From NCBI GenBank assembly GCA_002753665.1, contig PEAP01000006.1, forward strand, positions 5,680-69,679: 64,000 nt of DNA, written 5' to 3'. Position 1 is the stretch's first letter. Every line of letters begins with the position of its first letter. The stretch comes from Magnetococcales bacterium DC0425bin3. GTDB lineage: Bacteria; Pseudomonadota; Magnetococcia; Magnetococcales; DC0425bin3. Made by a program: the position numbers and the translations under genes. This document shows, piece by piece, positions 19,313 to 25,621 of this stretch. The notes beneath the pieces are model-generated. The model worked only from the letters and a program-made list of their open reading frames with translations. It had not been told where the DNA came from and did not search any database.

Positions 19313-19993
19313 ATGGCATTGTCCAGTTGCATGCACCTTCATTGTGCCCTGTTCCTCGGGATGCTCCTGACCGGAAACGCGGTGCATGCCGCTGTCATGG
19401 AGCCCGCTGCCGGCCCCGGGCCGGTCCTGCCCCTGCTGCTTGCCCAGAATGGTGGGACCAACGATCATCTGTGGAACTGGTATGGCGACAATTATTCCCG
19501 TCAGCCAGCGCCAGTCACCCCGCAGGAACAGGCCCTTCCCTCCTATGGGACTCCGTTCCGTCCCAGTGGCAAAATCCCTGCCGGCGATCAGACCCGACCC
19601 TGGGGTGAGGTGCCGCCCGACTATCAACCCAATCCCTATTACGGAGACCAGCGGCGGCCCTCGGACAGCGGAGCAGACAACCGCAACCGTTTCGACTCCC
19701 GTCCGCGTCCCGACCCGCGGTATTCCGAGGAACGCTTCCGGTCCATGAACCCGCCCCCGGGCCAGTACTCCGACTTCGACCCCCCCGCTCCACCGTCCTC
19801 CGGCTCCGAACGGGGCACCGACGATTATTTTCGCCGACGCCAGGTTGAGGAACAACCCTTGCATGCCCCGCCGCCACCCGGCAATGGCTATCCCGCCACA
19901 GTGCCCTGGGGATACCGCCCTCCCGACAGTTATGACTCGTGGTCGTCCGAGGGTCAGCCCTTCTGGGGCACCCCCTCTTATTGGTCCAGATAG
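19313..19993 (+). CDS. secreted P/R/D/Y-rich low-complexity protein (226 aa)
   Basis: Signal peptide MALSSCMHLHCALFLGMLLTGNAVHA. Mature part is rich in P, R, D, Y and W (e.g. DYQPNPYYGDQRRPSDSG..., ...GYRPPDSYDSWSSEGQPFWGTPSYWSR). TTG 19298 is an alternative start. Confidence 0.6.
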   Translation: MALSSCMHLHCALFLGMLLTGNAVHAAVMEPAAGPGPVLPLLLAQNGGTNDHLWNWYGDNYSRQPAPVTPQEQALPSYGTPFRPSGKIPAGDQTRPWGEVPPDYQPNPYYGDQRRPSDSGADNRNRFDSRPRPDPRYSEERFRSMNPPPGQYSDFDPPAPPSSGSERGTDDYFRRRQVEEQPLHAPPPPGNGYPATVPWGYRPPDSYDSWSSEGQPFWGTPSYWSR

Positions 19994-20001
19994 GAAGGTT
20001 C

Positions 20002-20661
20002 ATGGCTGCATCCGCGGGATTCAATCTCGAACGGGCATGGAAGCTTGGCGCCGCCACCCTGATCCTTCTGGCCGGAATCCCGGTCAGCCTGCCCGTTCCG
20101 GCCCGGGGAGACCAACAGCAGCCGGCCTTTTCCGCCCGGGTGGTCCGCAGCCATCCCTCGGATCGGGAGAAGAACTCCCAGGGCCACATGTATGTGGGAC
20201 CCCTGGGCATCCGCACCGAATCCACCGTGGGCGGTGAGGCCATTCATGTCATCTTTCAACGCCAACCGCCGAAGGCTCTGGTCCTGTTTCCGTCCCGCAA
20301 GGAGTACATGGAACAACCCGGAGCCGACAGCACCCCGCCGCCGCTCCCCGACCATCCGGACAGCCCCTGCCGCACCCATGATTCCTACCGCTGCCTCAAA
20401 AAGGGCCTGACCACCGTGGGCGGCCGTGACACCGAACATTGGGTGGTGACGGTCATCCCGCCCGGCGAGAAACCCCGGGATTCCCAGATGTGGATCGACC
20501 GTCGTCTGGGCATTGCCATTCGGGAAGCCTATCCGGACGGCTCTCTCGTGGAGCTGACCGACATCCGGGAGGCTCCCCAGGACCGGCAACTCTTCACCCT
20601 GCCGGAGGGGTATCGCCTGGTCACCCTGCCGGAGTCCGGCGCTCCTCCCGCGCCACCCTGA
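20002..20661 (+). CDS. hypothetical exported globular protein (possibly LolA-like/DUF4412-like fold)
   Basis: AGGAAGG RBS before ATG 20002. Signal-like N-terminus ...LGAATLILLAGIPVSLPVPARG. The beta-rich, non-repetitive mature part is the only ordinary-composition exported protein in this block. The fold assignment is a guess. Confidence 0.5.
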   Translation: MAASAGFNLERAWKLGAATLILLAGIPVSLPVPARGDQQQPAFSARVVRSHPSDREKNSQGHMYVGPLGIRTESTVGGEAIHVIFQRQPPKALVLFPSRKEYMEQPGADSTPPPLPDHPDSPCRTHDSYRCLKKGLTTVGGRDTEHWVVTVIPPGEKPRDSQMWIDRRLGIAIREAYPDGSLVELTDIREAPQDRQLFTLPEGYRLVTLPESGAPPAPP

Positions 20662-20673
20662 CCCGCCGCGTGA

Positions 20674-20744
20674 TTTCGATGGGTGGGGGAAGCCTCCCTC
20701 CTCCCTCCACCGATGCAAGTCGCAGTGCGACTTGCATCGGTAAC
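20674..20744 (+). repeat. two-hairpin ~70-bp repeat, full copy A
   Basis: TTTCGATGGGTGGGGGAAGCCTCCCTCCTCCCTCCACCGATGCAAGTCGC-AGT-GCGACTTGCATCGGTAAC, immediately after the stop of the 20002..20661 gene. Confidence 0.85.
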
Positions 20745-21154
20745 ATGACGACAACAATCGCCCGCCCCTGGCCCTCAGTTTGTAACATACCGGTCCGCCA
20801 GTGAGGGGAATTTTACATTAAACATCTTGTTATAGCGTGCCTTCTGCTCCAAAATGGCGTTTAACGTCCTCCCGTGAATACCTGCGGCAGCCACGTTGGT
20901 TTCGCGGTCCATCGGTGTCCGCGGTTGACCCCTGCGACCCGGACCCCAGACAGGGAGTTGTCGCGAGGGGTATCGAAGCACCATGGGTCTCCTTGTGCGG
21001 AATCCATCAGGTGTGATAAGAGGGCTTGAACCTGGAAAAAATGGATGGCTCCAGGGCAGGAGGGCAAACCATGGATGCCGCCAAGTCACATCGGCTCGGC
21101 ACGGTGGCGGAGGGGATCTTCCCAGCCACGAGGGTTTCCTGGCAGCAGCCACGC

Positions 21155-21763
21155 ATGAACGTGCGACGTTTCGGACACATCGTCTCCCTCGGCACCTTGG
21201 TCACAATGACCGGTTGGTCTTGCCATGCGACGGCGGGGGAGCCTTGGCAACAAACCATGGAGGCCGCCCAGCGGGCCGCTGCGAAACAGGGCTTGAGCGG
21301 CGATTCCCAGATGGGCCAACGCTTCGGACGTTTCATGAAGTCCTTCATGGACGAAATGGAATCCACCGACCCCGGAGTCGGCCACCCCCCCGGGAATCCG
21401 GAGGTGCCTCCAGGAATGCCGGACAATCGACCCCGTACCGAGGCCCGCCGGGCCCCCGAAGGGATATCCGGCCCCGCACGGATCCCGCAACCGCTTCCGC
21501 CCGGGCCGGGATACTGGGAGCCCACCCCCTGGGACAGCTCCCCCGGCCTTTGGGGTCCTGGAGGATGGAGTGCCTACGATTCCCCCGGCCGTCCCTATGC
21601 CGGAGCGGAAGGATATGGGTGGGGCGGTTCAGCCTACCGGGTTCCAAACCAGGGCTGGCCCGCCTGGAGCCCGTCGGGGTCCTGGGGCAATTATCGGGAT
21701 CCGCTGTTCGACAGCCCCGCGGGGCTGGGAACGGGTTGGGTTCCCCAGGGGTGGGATTGGTGA
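21155..21763 (+). CDS. secreted W/P/G-rich low-complexity protein (202 aa)
   Basis: Signal-like MNVRRFGHIVSLGTLVTMTGWSCHATA. C-terminal half is GYWEPTPWDSSPGLWGPGGWSAYDSPGRPYAGAEGYGWGGSAYRVPNQGWPAWSPSGSWGNY...GWVPQGWDW. The start is uncertain (ORF opens at 21026). Confidence 0.55.
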   Translation: MNVRRFGHIVSLGTLVTMTGWSCHATAGEPWQQTMEAAQRAAAKQGLSGDSQMGQRFGRFMKSFMDEMESTDPGVGHPPGNPEVPPGMPDNRPRTEARRAPEGISGPARIPQPLPPGPGYWEPTPWDSSPGLWGPGGWSAYDSPGRPYAGAEGYGWGGSAYRVPNQGWPAWSPSGSWGNYRDPLFDSPAGLGTGWVPQGWDW

Positions 21764-21908
21764 ACACCGGAACCCACATGGACTGTTCCGGGTTGGCGGT
21801 GTGGGAGGAGACCATTCTGCTGCCTCCCGCAAGGGATGATATACGGCCCTCAGTCTGATTTCAGCTATTAGATCAACCTTTTTTTAAGGAAAGCCAGAGG
21901 AGATCGAT

Positions 21909-22172
21909 ATGAAAAAGACCGCGCGCTTGTTGGCCATTGCCGCCCTTCTGGGCACTGCCATGACCCTCGCCGCCCCCGCGGATGCCTGGTGGGGACCCGG
22001 CTGGGGCAATGGCAACGGTTGGGGCAATGGCACCTTCAGCATGAACATGGGTGGCTGGGGCAATGGCTATGGCAATGGCTACGGCTATCCCGGCTACGGC
22101 GGCTGGGGCGGACCCGGCTATGGCGGCTGGGGCGGACCCGGCTACGGCGGTTGGGGCGGACCCTGGTGGTGA
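21909..22172 (+). CDS. small secreted G/W/Y-repeat protein 1 (87 aa), sulfur-globule-envelope-protein-like composition
   Basis: GAGGAG RBS. Sec signal MKKTARLLAIAALLGTAMTLAAPADA. Mature WWGPGWGNGNGWGNG...GYGGWGGPGYGGWGGPGYGGWGGPWW. Confidence 0.8.
   Translation: MKKTARLLAIAALLGTAMTLAAPADAWWGPGWGNGNGWGNGTFSMNMGGWGNGYGNGYGYPGYGGWGGPGYGGWGGPGYGGWGGPWW
22092..22163 (+). repeat. 3 x 24-bp coding tandem repeat (GYGGWGGP unit)
   Basis: GGCTA(C/T)GGCGG(C/T)TGGGGCGGACCC x3. The same unit recurs in the two downstream paralogs. Confidence 0.9.
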
Positions 22173-22236
22173 CGGTTGACCACCGCAATTCGTGCCATCC
22201 TCCTTTTTATCTGCAATGACGACGGAGATACAGAAA

Positions 22237-22506
22237 ATGAAAAAGTCCCTCGGTGTTCTCGCCATCGCGGCCCTGCTGGGTGGAGCCGCCATCCTCGCGA
22301 CCAATGACGCCTCCGCCTGGTGGGGACCCGGTTGGGGCAACGGCAACGGTTGGGGCAACGGCAACCTGAGCTTCAGCATGGGTGGCTGGGGCAACGGCTG
22401 GGGCAATGGCTACGGCTATCCCGGCTACGGCGGTTGGGGCGGACCCGGCTACGGCGGCTGGGGCGGACCCGGCTACGGCGGCTGGGGTGGTCCCTGGGGT
22501 TGGTAG
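22237..22506 (+). CDS. small secreted G/W/Y-repeat protein 2 (89 aa)
   Basis: GGAGA RBS. Signal MKKSLGVLAIAALLGGAAILATNDASA. Mature region is nearly identical in layout to paralog 1. Confidence 0.8.
   Translation: MKKSLGVLAIAALLGGAAILATNDASAWWGPGWGNGNGWGNGNLSFSMGGWGNGWGNGYGYPGYGGWGGPGYGGWGGPGYGGWGGPWGW
22423..22494 (+). repeat. 3 x 24-bp coding tandem repeat (GYGGWGGP unit)
   Basis: Same unit as 22092-22163. Confidence 0.9.
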
Positions 22507-22516
22507 TCAAACAGGC

Positions 22517-22538
22517 AGGGGGGGCTCACGCCCCCCTT
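22517..22538 (+). terminator. short G/C hairpin after paralog 2
   Basis: GGGGGG-CTCACG-CCCCCC followed by TT only. Weak U-tract. Confidence 0.3.
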
Positions 22539-22642
22539 GACTGCAATGCCAACTGGCATGGTTGGGGGAATTGTCTCCCACCCGCGTGCCGCACCCACTT
22601 CCGGCAACGGCTGCGTGCGGCAACTGCGCAAAGGGTTTCAAC

Positions 22643-23020
22643 ATGAAAAAGACGCTCGGCATGCTGGCCATCGCCACCCTTTTGGGTGGTGCAGCCATGG
22701 TGACCTCGAATGAAGCTTCGGCCTGGTGGGGCGGTGGTCCCGGCTACTGGGGCGGACCCGGCTACGGCGGTTGGGGCGGACCCGGCTACGGCGGTTGGGG
22801 TGGCGGGCCTGGCTACGGCGGTTGGGGCGGACCCGGCTACGGCGGTTGGGGTGGCGGGCCTGGCTATTGGGGCGGCGGTGGTGGCCCCTATGGCTATGGC
22901 GGCGGACCCTATGGCTATGGCGGCGGGCCTGGCTACTGGGGCGGTGGTGGACCCAACGGCGCTCCTCCAGCGACGGCTCCCACCGGGGAGAAAGAAACCA
23001 AAACCGACTCCGGTAATTGA
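22643..23020 (+). CDS. small secreted G/W/Y-repeat protein 3 (125 aa) with charged C-terminal tail
   Basis: Signal MKKTLGMLAIATLLGGAAMVTSNEASA. Mature WWGGGPGYWGGPGYGGWGGPGYGGWGGGPGYGGWGG...GGGPYGYGGGPYGYGGGPGYWGGGG, then NGAPPATAPTGEKETKTDSGN. Confidence 0.8.
   Translation: MKKTLGMLAIATLLGGAAMVTSNEASAWWGGGPGYWGGPGYGGWGGPGYGGWGGGPGYGGWGGPGYGGWGGGPGYWGGGGGPYGYGGGPYGYGGGPGYWGGGGPNGAPPATAPTGEKETKTDSGN
22742..22940 (+). repeat. array of 18/24/27-bp coding repeats (GYWGGP / GYGGWGGP / GYGGWGGGP / GPYGYGG units)
   Basis: Direct reading of 22742-22861 shows alternating 24- and 27-bp units. More degenerate units follow. Confidence 0.8.
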
Positions 23021-23040
23021 TCCTTCGGGGCATTGATGCG

Positions 23041-23070
23041 GGGGGGCGGTTGCGGCCGCCTCCCGTTTTG
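23041..23070 (+). terminator. rho-independent terminator after the G/W/Y gene triplet
   Basis: GGGGGGCGG / CCGCCTCCC stem (one G-U pair), loop TTGCGG, then GTTTTG. Confidence 0.65.
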
Positions 23071-23090
23071 CCTATCCTCTTTCCATAGGA

Positions 23091-23136
23091 CCGATGAACG
23101 TCGTGTCGCGACGTGCATCGGTGGAGGGTGAAGGGT
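23091..23136 (-). repeat. two-hairpin repeat, degenerate partial copy B
   Basis: CCGATGAACGTCG-TGTC-GCGACGTGCATCGGTGGAGGGTGAAGGG. The hairpin-2 module plus GGTGGAGGG is retained. The GGAGGCCTCC module is lost. Confidence 0.6.
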
Positions 23137-23235
23137 GTTTGAGCCAATCCAGCCTGGCCAGTCCCGGTTTCCGGACCCGGTGCCATGGTTTGGAAACCGC
23201 CGGCCTTACCGGCATCCCGGTTGGAACCACATGCC

Positions 23236-23904
23236 ATGATTACCCTGATCGGCAACCTGAAAGGCGGTTGCGGCAAAAGCACCGTGACCTTCAATCTGGC
23301 GGTTTGGCTGGCCAAGCGGAAGCGGCAGGTGGTTACCTTCGATCTGGATCCCCAGGCCACCCTGAGCGATGTGGTGGATGTGCGCCGGGAAGAGGGTGTG
23401 ACTCCCGCCATCACCGTGTTTCGCCCGGAAAGCGACCCCGGCAAGGTCTTCAAGGAACATTCCGCGGGCGAGGTTCTGGTGGATGTCGGCGCTTCCAACC
23501 TCTGGGCCATGCGGCAGGCCATCGCCATGGCCGACCGGGTGTTGATTCCGGTGCCGCCCAGTCAGGCGGATGTCTGGTCCACCCAGCGGTTCCTGAACAT
23601 CGTCGAGGAAACCGTCGCCGGCAAGAAACGCCCCGAGACCCTGGTCTTCGTCAACCGTGCCGATACCCACCCGGGATTGACGGAATCCGACGAAACCGAA
23701 CAGGCCCTGGCCGCCCTGTCCGGGGTGGCGATCCTGGACGCCCGTATTTCCCAAAGAACCATCTACCGCCGTTCCTTCAGCGAGGGCCGGGCTGTCTTCG
23801 AACTGTCCCCCTCCAGCAAGGCCGCGGAAGAGTTCATCAATCTGGCCAAGGCCCTGTATCCGGACCTGGCCCAGCCCGCCAAAAGCGGCAACAAGAAAAA
23901 GTGA
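23236..23904 (+). CDS. orphan ParA/MinD-family P-loop ATPase
   Basis: Deviant Walker A GNLKGGCGKST, then FDLDPQ and VLVDVG motifs. 222 aa with a short basic C-terminal tail (AKSGNKKK). No parB, parS or min genes nearby. Confidence 0.85.
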   Translation: MITLIGNLKGGCGKSTVTFNLAVWLAKRKRQVVTFDLDPQATLSDVVDVRREEGVTPAITVFRPESDPGKVFKEHSAGEVLVDVGASNLWAMRQAIAMADRVLIPVPPSQADVWSTQRFLNIVEETVAGKKRPETLVFVNRADTHPGLTESDETEQALAALSGVAILDARISQRTIYRRSFSEGRAVFELSPSSKAAEEFINLAKALYPDLAQPAKSGNKKK

Positions 23905-23919
23905 GGGAGAATACGGCCC

Positions 23920-24612
23920 ATGACCGATCGACCGGTTCAACATCCCGGCGCGGATGCCGACGGTGGCGGAAACCCGTCCTCCCCCATGCCCCAGCGCGGC
24001 GTCAACATCATCCCGCCCGTCGGCACCCACAAGGAGTGCGGCAACTGCTCGGCCATGGTGCTGGACCAGTTCGCCAAGAGTTTCGACAAAAGCGCCCGCC
24101 GCTGGGAACTGGTGGTCTACCCGTCCCTGTTCGCCTTCATCATCCTGGCCATGTACGGATTTTTCCTGATCTACAGCCTCACCCAGGACATCCGGATCAT
24201 GTCCCACTCCATCGACCCGCAGATGGGGCGCAACATGGGCTCGTTGTCTTCCAACATCGGCAGTTTGTCCAACAATATCGAGTTGATGTCCAATTATCTC
24301 GAATATATCAGCGACAACATGGAAACCATGTCGGTGGACATGCAGACCATGGCCGAGAACATCGATACCATGACCGACAGCGTTTCCGGCATGAGCGGCA
24401 ATGTCAAGCAGATGGCCGGCACCATGACCGAAATGTCCGGGCGGGTCAGTGAAATGGCCGTCAAGCTTGATACCCTGGGACCCATGACCGCCAACGTGGC
24501 CATCATGTCCCAGGCCATGCGCGTCATCACCGGGTCCATGAACCGCATGGGATACGACATGAACAACGCGGCCCGGCCCATGAGCTTCATCAACCGGTTC
24601 ATGCCCTGGTAG
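23920..24612 (+). CDS. bitopic membrane protein with periplasmic Met-rich 18-heptad coiled coil ('methionine zipper')
   Basis: N-terminal ~65 aa carry an ECGNC (CxxC) motif and a K/R cluster. One TM follows (VVYPSLFAFIILAMYGFFLIYSL). From residue 102 there are 18 uninterrupted 7-residue repeats beginning M (L/I/V in a few). Ends ...RFMPW. Confidence 0.7.
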   Translation: MTDRPVQHPGADADGGGNPSSPMPQRGVNIIPPVGTHKECGNCSAMVLDQFAKSFDKSARRWELVVYPSLFAFIILAMYGFFLIYSLTQDIRIMSHSIDPQMGRNMGSLSSNIGSLSNNIELMSNYLEYISDNMETMSVDMQTMAENIDTMTDSVSGMSGNVKQMAGTMTEMSGRVSEMAVKLDTLGPMTANVAIMSQAMRVITGSMNRMGYDMNNAARPMSFINRFMPW

Positions 24613-24675
24613 TCGGCCACATGGCCAGTCCGGTTTCTGTGAATATTGTTTGATTCCGATCACGGGAGAAAATTG

Positions 24676-25392
24676 ATGTCCGCGACACGCAAAACCAGTT
24701 CCATCCTCTCCGCCGCCGTCCTGACCCTGGCCATGACCTTTTCCGCCGCCGCCATGGCCGAGGACAAGGCCGCCACCGTCCCGGTCACGCCGCCCACCAG
24801 CCCCCAGGATCTGCAAGAACGCATCCAGGACCGGGTCGGCAATTACTGGCAGAGCATCCAGAGCAGCCACGATGCCTGGCAGCGCCAGCATACCCTCGGA
24901 CAGACCGCCACCGAGCGGGACCGGGAAACCGGTCAGTCGGCCCGGGAAATGGCCGAACAGACCCGCATGCTGGATTGGCAGAACCAGCAGCAGGCCTGGA
25001 CCAACGCCGCCCAGCAGCTCCAGAACACCCAGCAGCGCCAGCAGGAGAACAATCTGAAACTCCAGGAAGCCCTGATGGCCTACCGCCACGAACAGGAGCG
25101 CATCAACCTGGAACATCGCAAGGCGATGGTGAGCAACACCACCGCCTACCAGCAGGGCAGCCTCAACAACGCCGTCATGCGCCGTCAGAATAATCTGATG
25201 ACCAGCACCTCCGCGGTCAACAACGATCTGTGGGCCAGCCGGCAGGCCATGATGAACCACATGGCCCGTCAGCGCGCCTGGCTGCAGCAGCGCACCGGCG
25301 CTCCCGTGAACGAAGCCATTCTGCCTCCCGTCGCTCCCGGCAGTGAACCCGCGGCCCCTCCGGCGGCGGAAGCAGCCAAGCCGGCGCAATAA
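24676..25392 (+). CDS. secreted Q/N-rich helical protein (238 aa)
   Basis: GGGAGA RBS. Signal MSATRKTSSILSAAVLTLAMTFSAAAMA. Mature part is Q/N/R/E-rich and helix-prone (WQNQQQAWTNAAQQLQNTQQRQQENNLKLQEAL...), with a P/A tail. Confidence 0.65.
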   Translation: MSATRKTSSILSAAVLTLAMTFSAAAMAEDKAATVPVTPPTSPQDLQERIQDRVGNYWQSIQSSHDAWQRQHTLGQTATERDRETGQSAREMAEQTRMLDWQNQQQAWTNAAQQLQNTQQRQQENNLKLQEALMAYRHEQERINLEHRKAMVSNTTAYQQGSLNNAVMRRQNNLMTSTSAVNNDLWASRQAMMNHMARQRAWLQQRTGAPVNEAILPPVAPGSEPAAPPAAEAAKPAQ

Positions 25393-25393
25393 C

Positions 25394-25462
25394 TTTGATG
25401 GATGGGGGAGGCCTCCCTCCACCCTCCACCGATGGAAGTCGCGCAGCGACTTCCATCGGTAA
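25394..25462 (+). repeat. two-hairpin ~70-bp repeat, full copy C (closest to consensus)
   Basis: TTTGATGGATGGGGGAGGCCTCCCTCCACCCTCCACCGATGGAAGTCGC-GCA-GCGACTTCCATCGGTAA, starting 2 nt after the stop of the Q-rich gene. Confidence 0.9.
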
Positions 25463-25473
25463 ATGATTCGAAC

Positions 25474-25515
25474 TTCTGATGGATGGGGGAGGCCTCCCTC
25501 CACCTTCCATCGGTG
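25474..25515 (+). repeat. two-hairpin repeat, copy D with hairpin 2 collapsed
   Basis: TTCTGATGGATGGGGGAGGCCTCCCTCCACC-TTCCATCGGTGA. The left arm and loop of hairpin 2 are deleted. Confidence 0.75.
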
Positions 25516-25539
25516 AGCGAGTCGTCCAGATCGAATCCA

Positions 25540-25569
25540 GGGCGGATTGCCATGCAATCCGCCCTTTTT
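25540..25569 (+). terminator. strong rho-independent terminator closing the + strand block
   Basis: 11-bp perfect stem GGGCGGATTGC / GCAATCCGCCC, loop CAT, then TTTTT. Confidence 0.8.
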
Positions 25570-25621
25570 CATTGGGGGATATCCCCACCACACCCGGCCA
25601 GGCGATCGCCCGCCGGGACGG

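Noticed and set aside
20775-21152. 125-aa minus-strand ORF in the spacer before the W/P/G-rich gene
   Set aside because: No RBS or recognisable features. It overlaps the probable promoter and 5' region of the plus-strand gene. Its composition is typical of a random ORF.
21909-23020. Possible CRISPR-like or non-coding repeat array, because of regular 24-bp repeats (also 45826-45954)
   Set aside because: The repeats are contiguous with no spacers. They are in frame within ORFs that have RBSs and signal peptides. No cas genes or leader are present.
21909-23020. Gly-rich microcin/bacteriocin precursors exported by the neighbouring adaptor/RND pair
   Set aside because: The leaders are ordinary Sec signals with AxA cleavage sites, not double-glycine leaders. 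There is no peptidase-domain ABC exporter, immunity gene or modification enzyme. RND pumps are not known microcin exporters.
23236-25392. McdA/McdB-like carboxysome positioning pair (ParA plus a Q-rich or C-terminal-Trp partner)
   Set aside because: No carboxysome or RuBisCO genes are in the window. The Met-heptad protein has a TM and a predicted periplasmic repeat region. The Q-rich protein has a Sec signal. Neither fits a cytoplasmic McdB.
12046-25600. Genomic island, prophage or integrative element explaining the unusual 12.5-25.6 kb block
   Set aside because: No integrase, transposase, tRNA attachment site, phage or conjugation genes were seen. Apart from the 12.1-kb spacer, the G+C looks like the rest of the window. 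Horizontal origin cannot be excluded, but there is no positive evidence.
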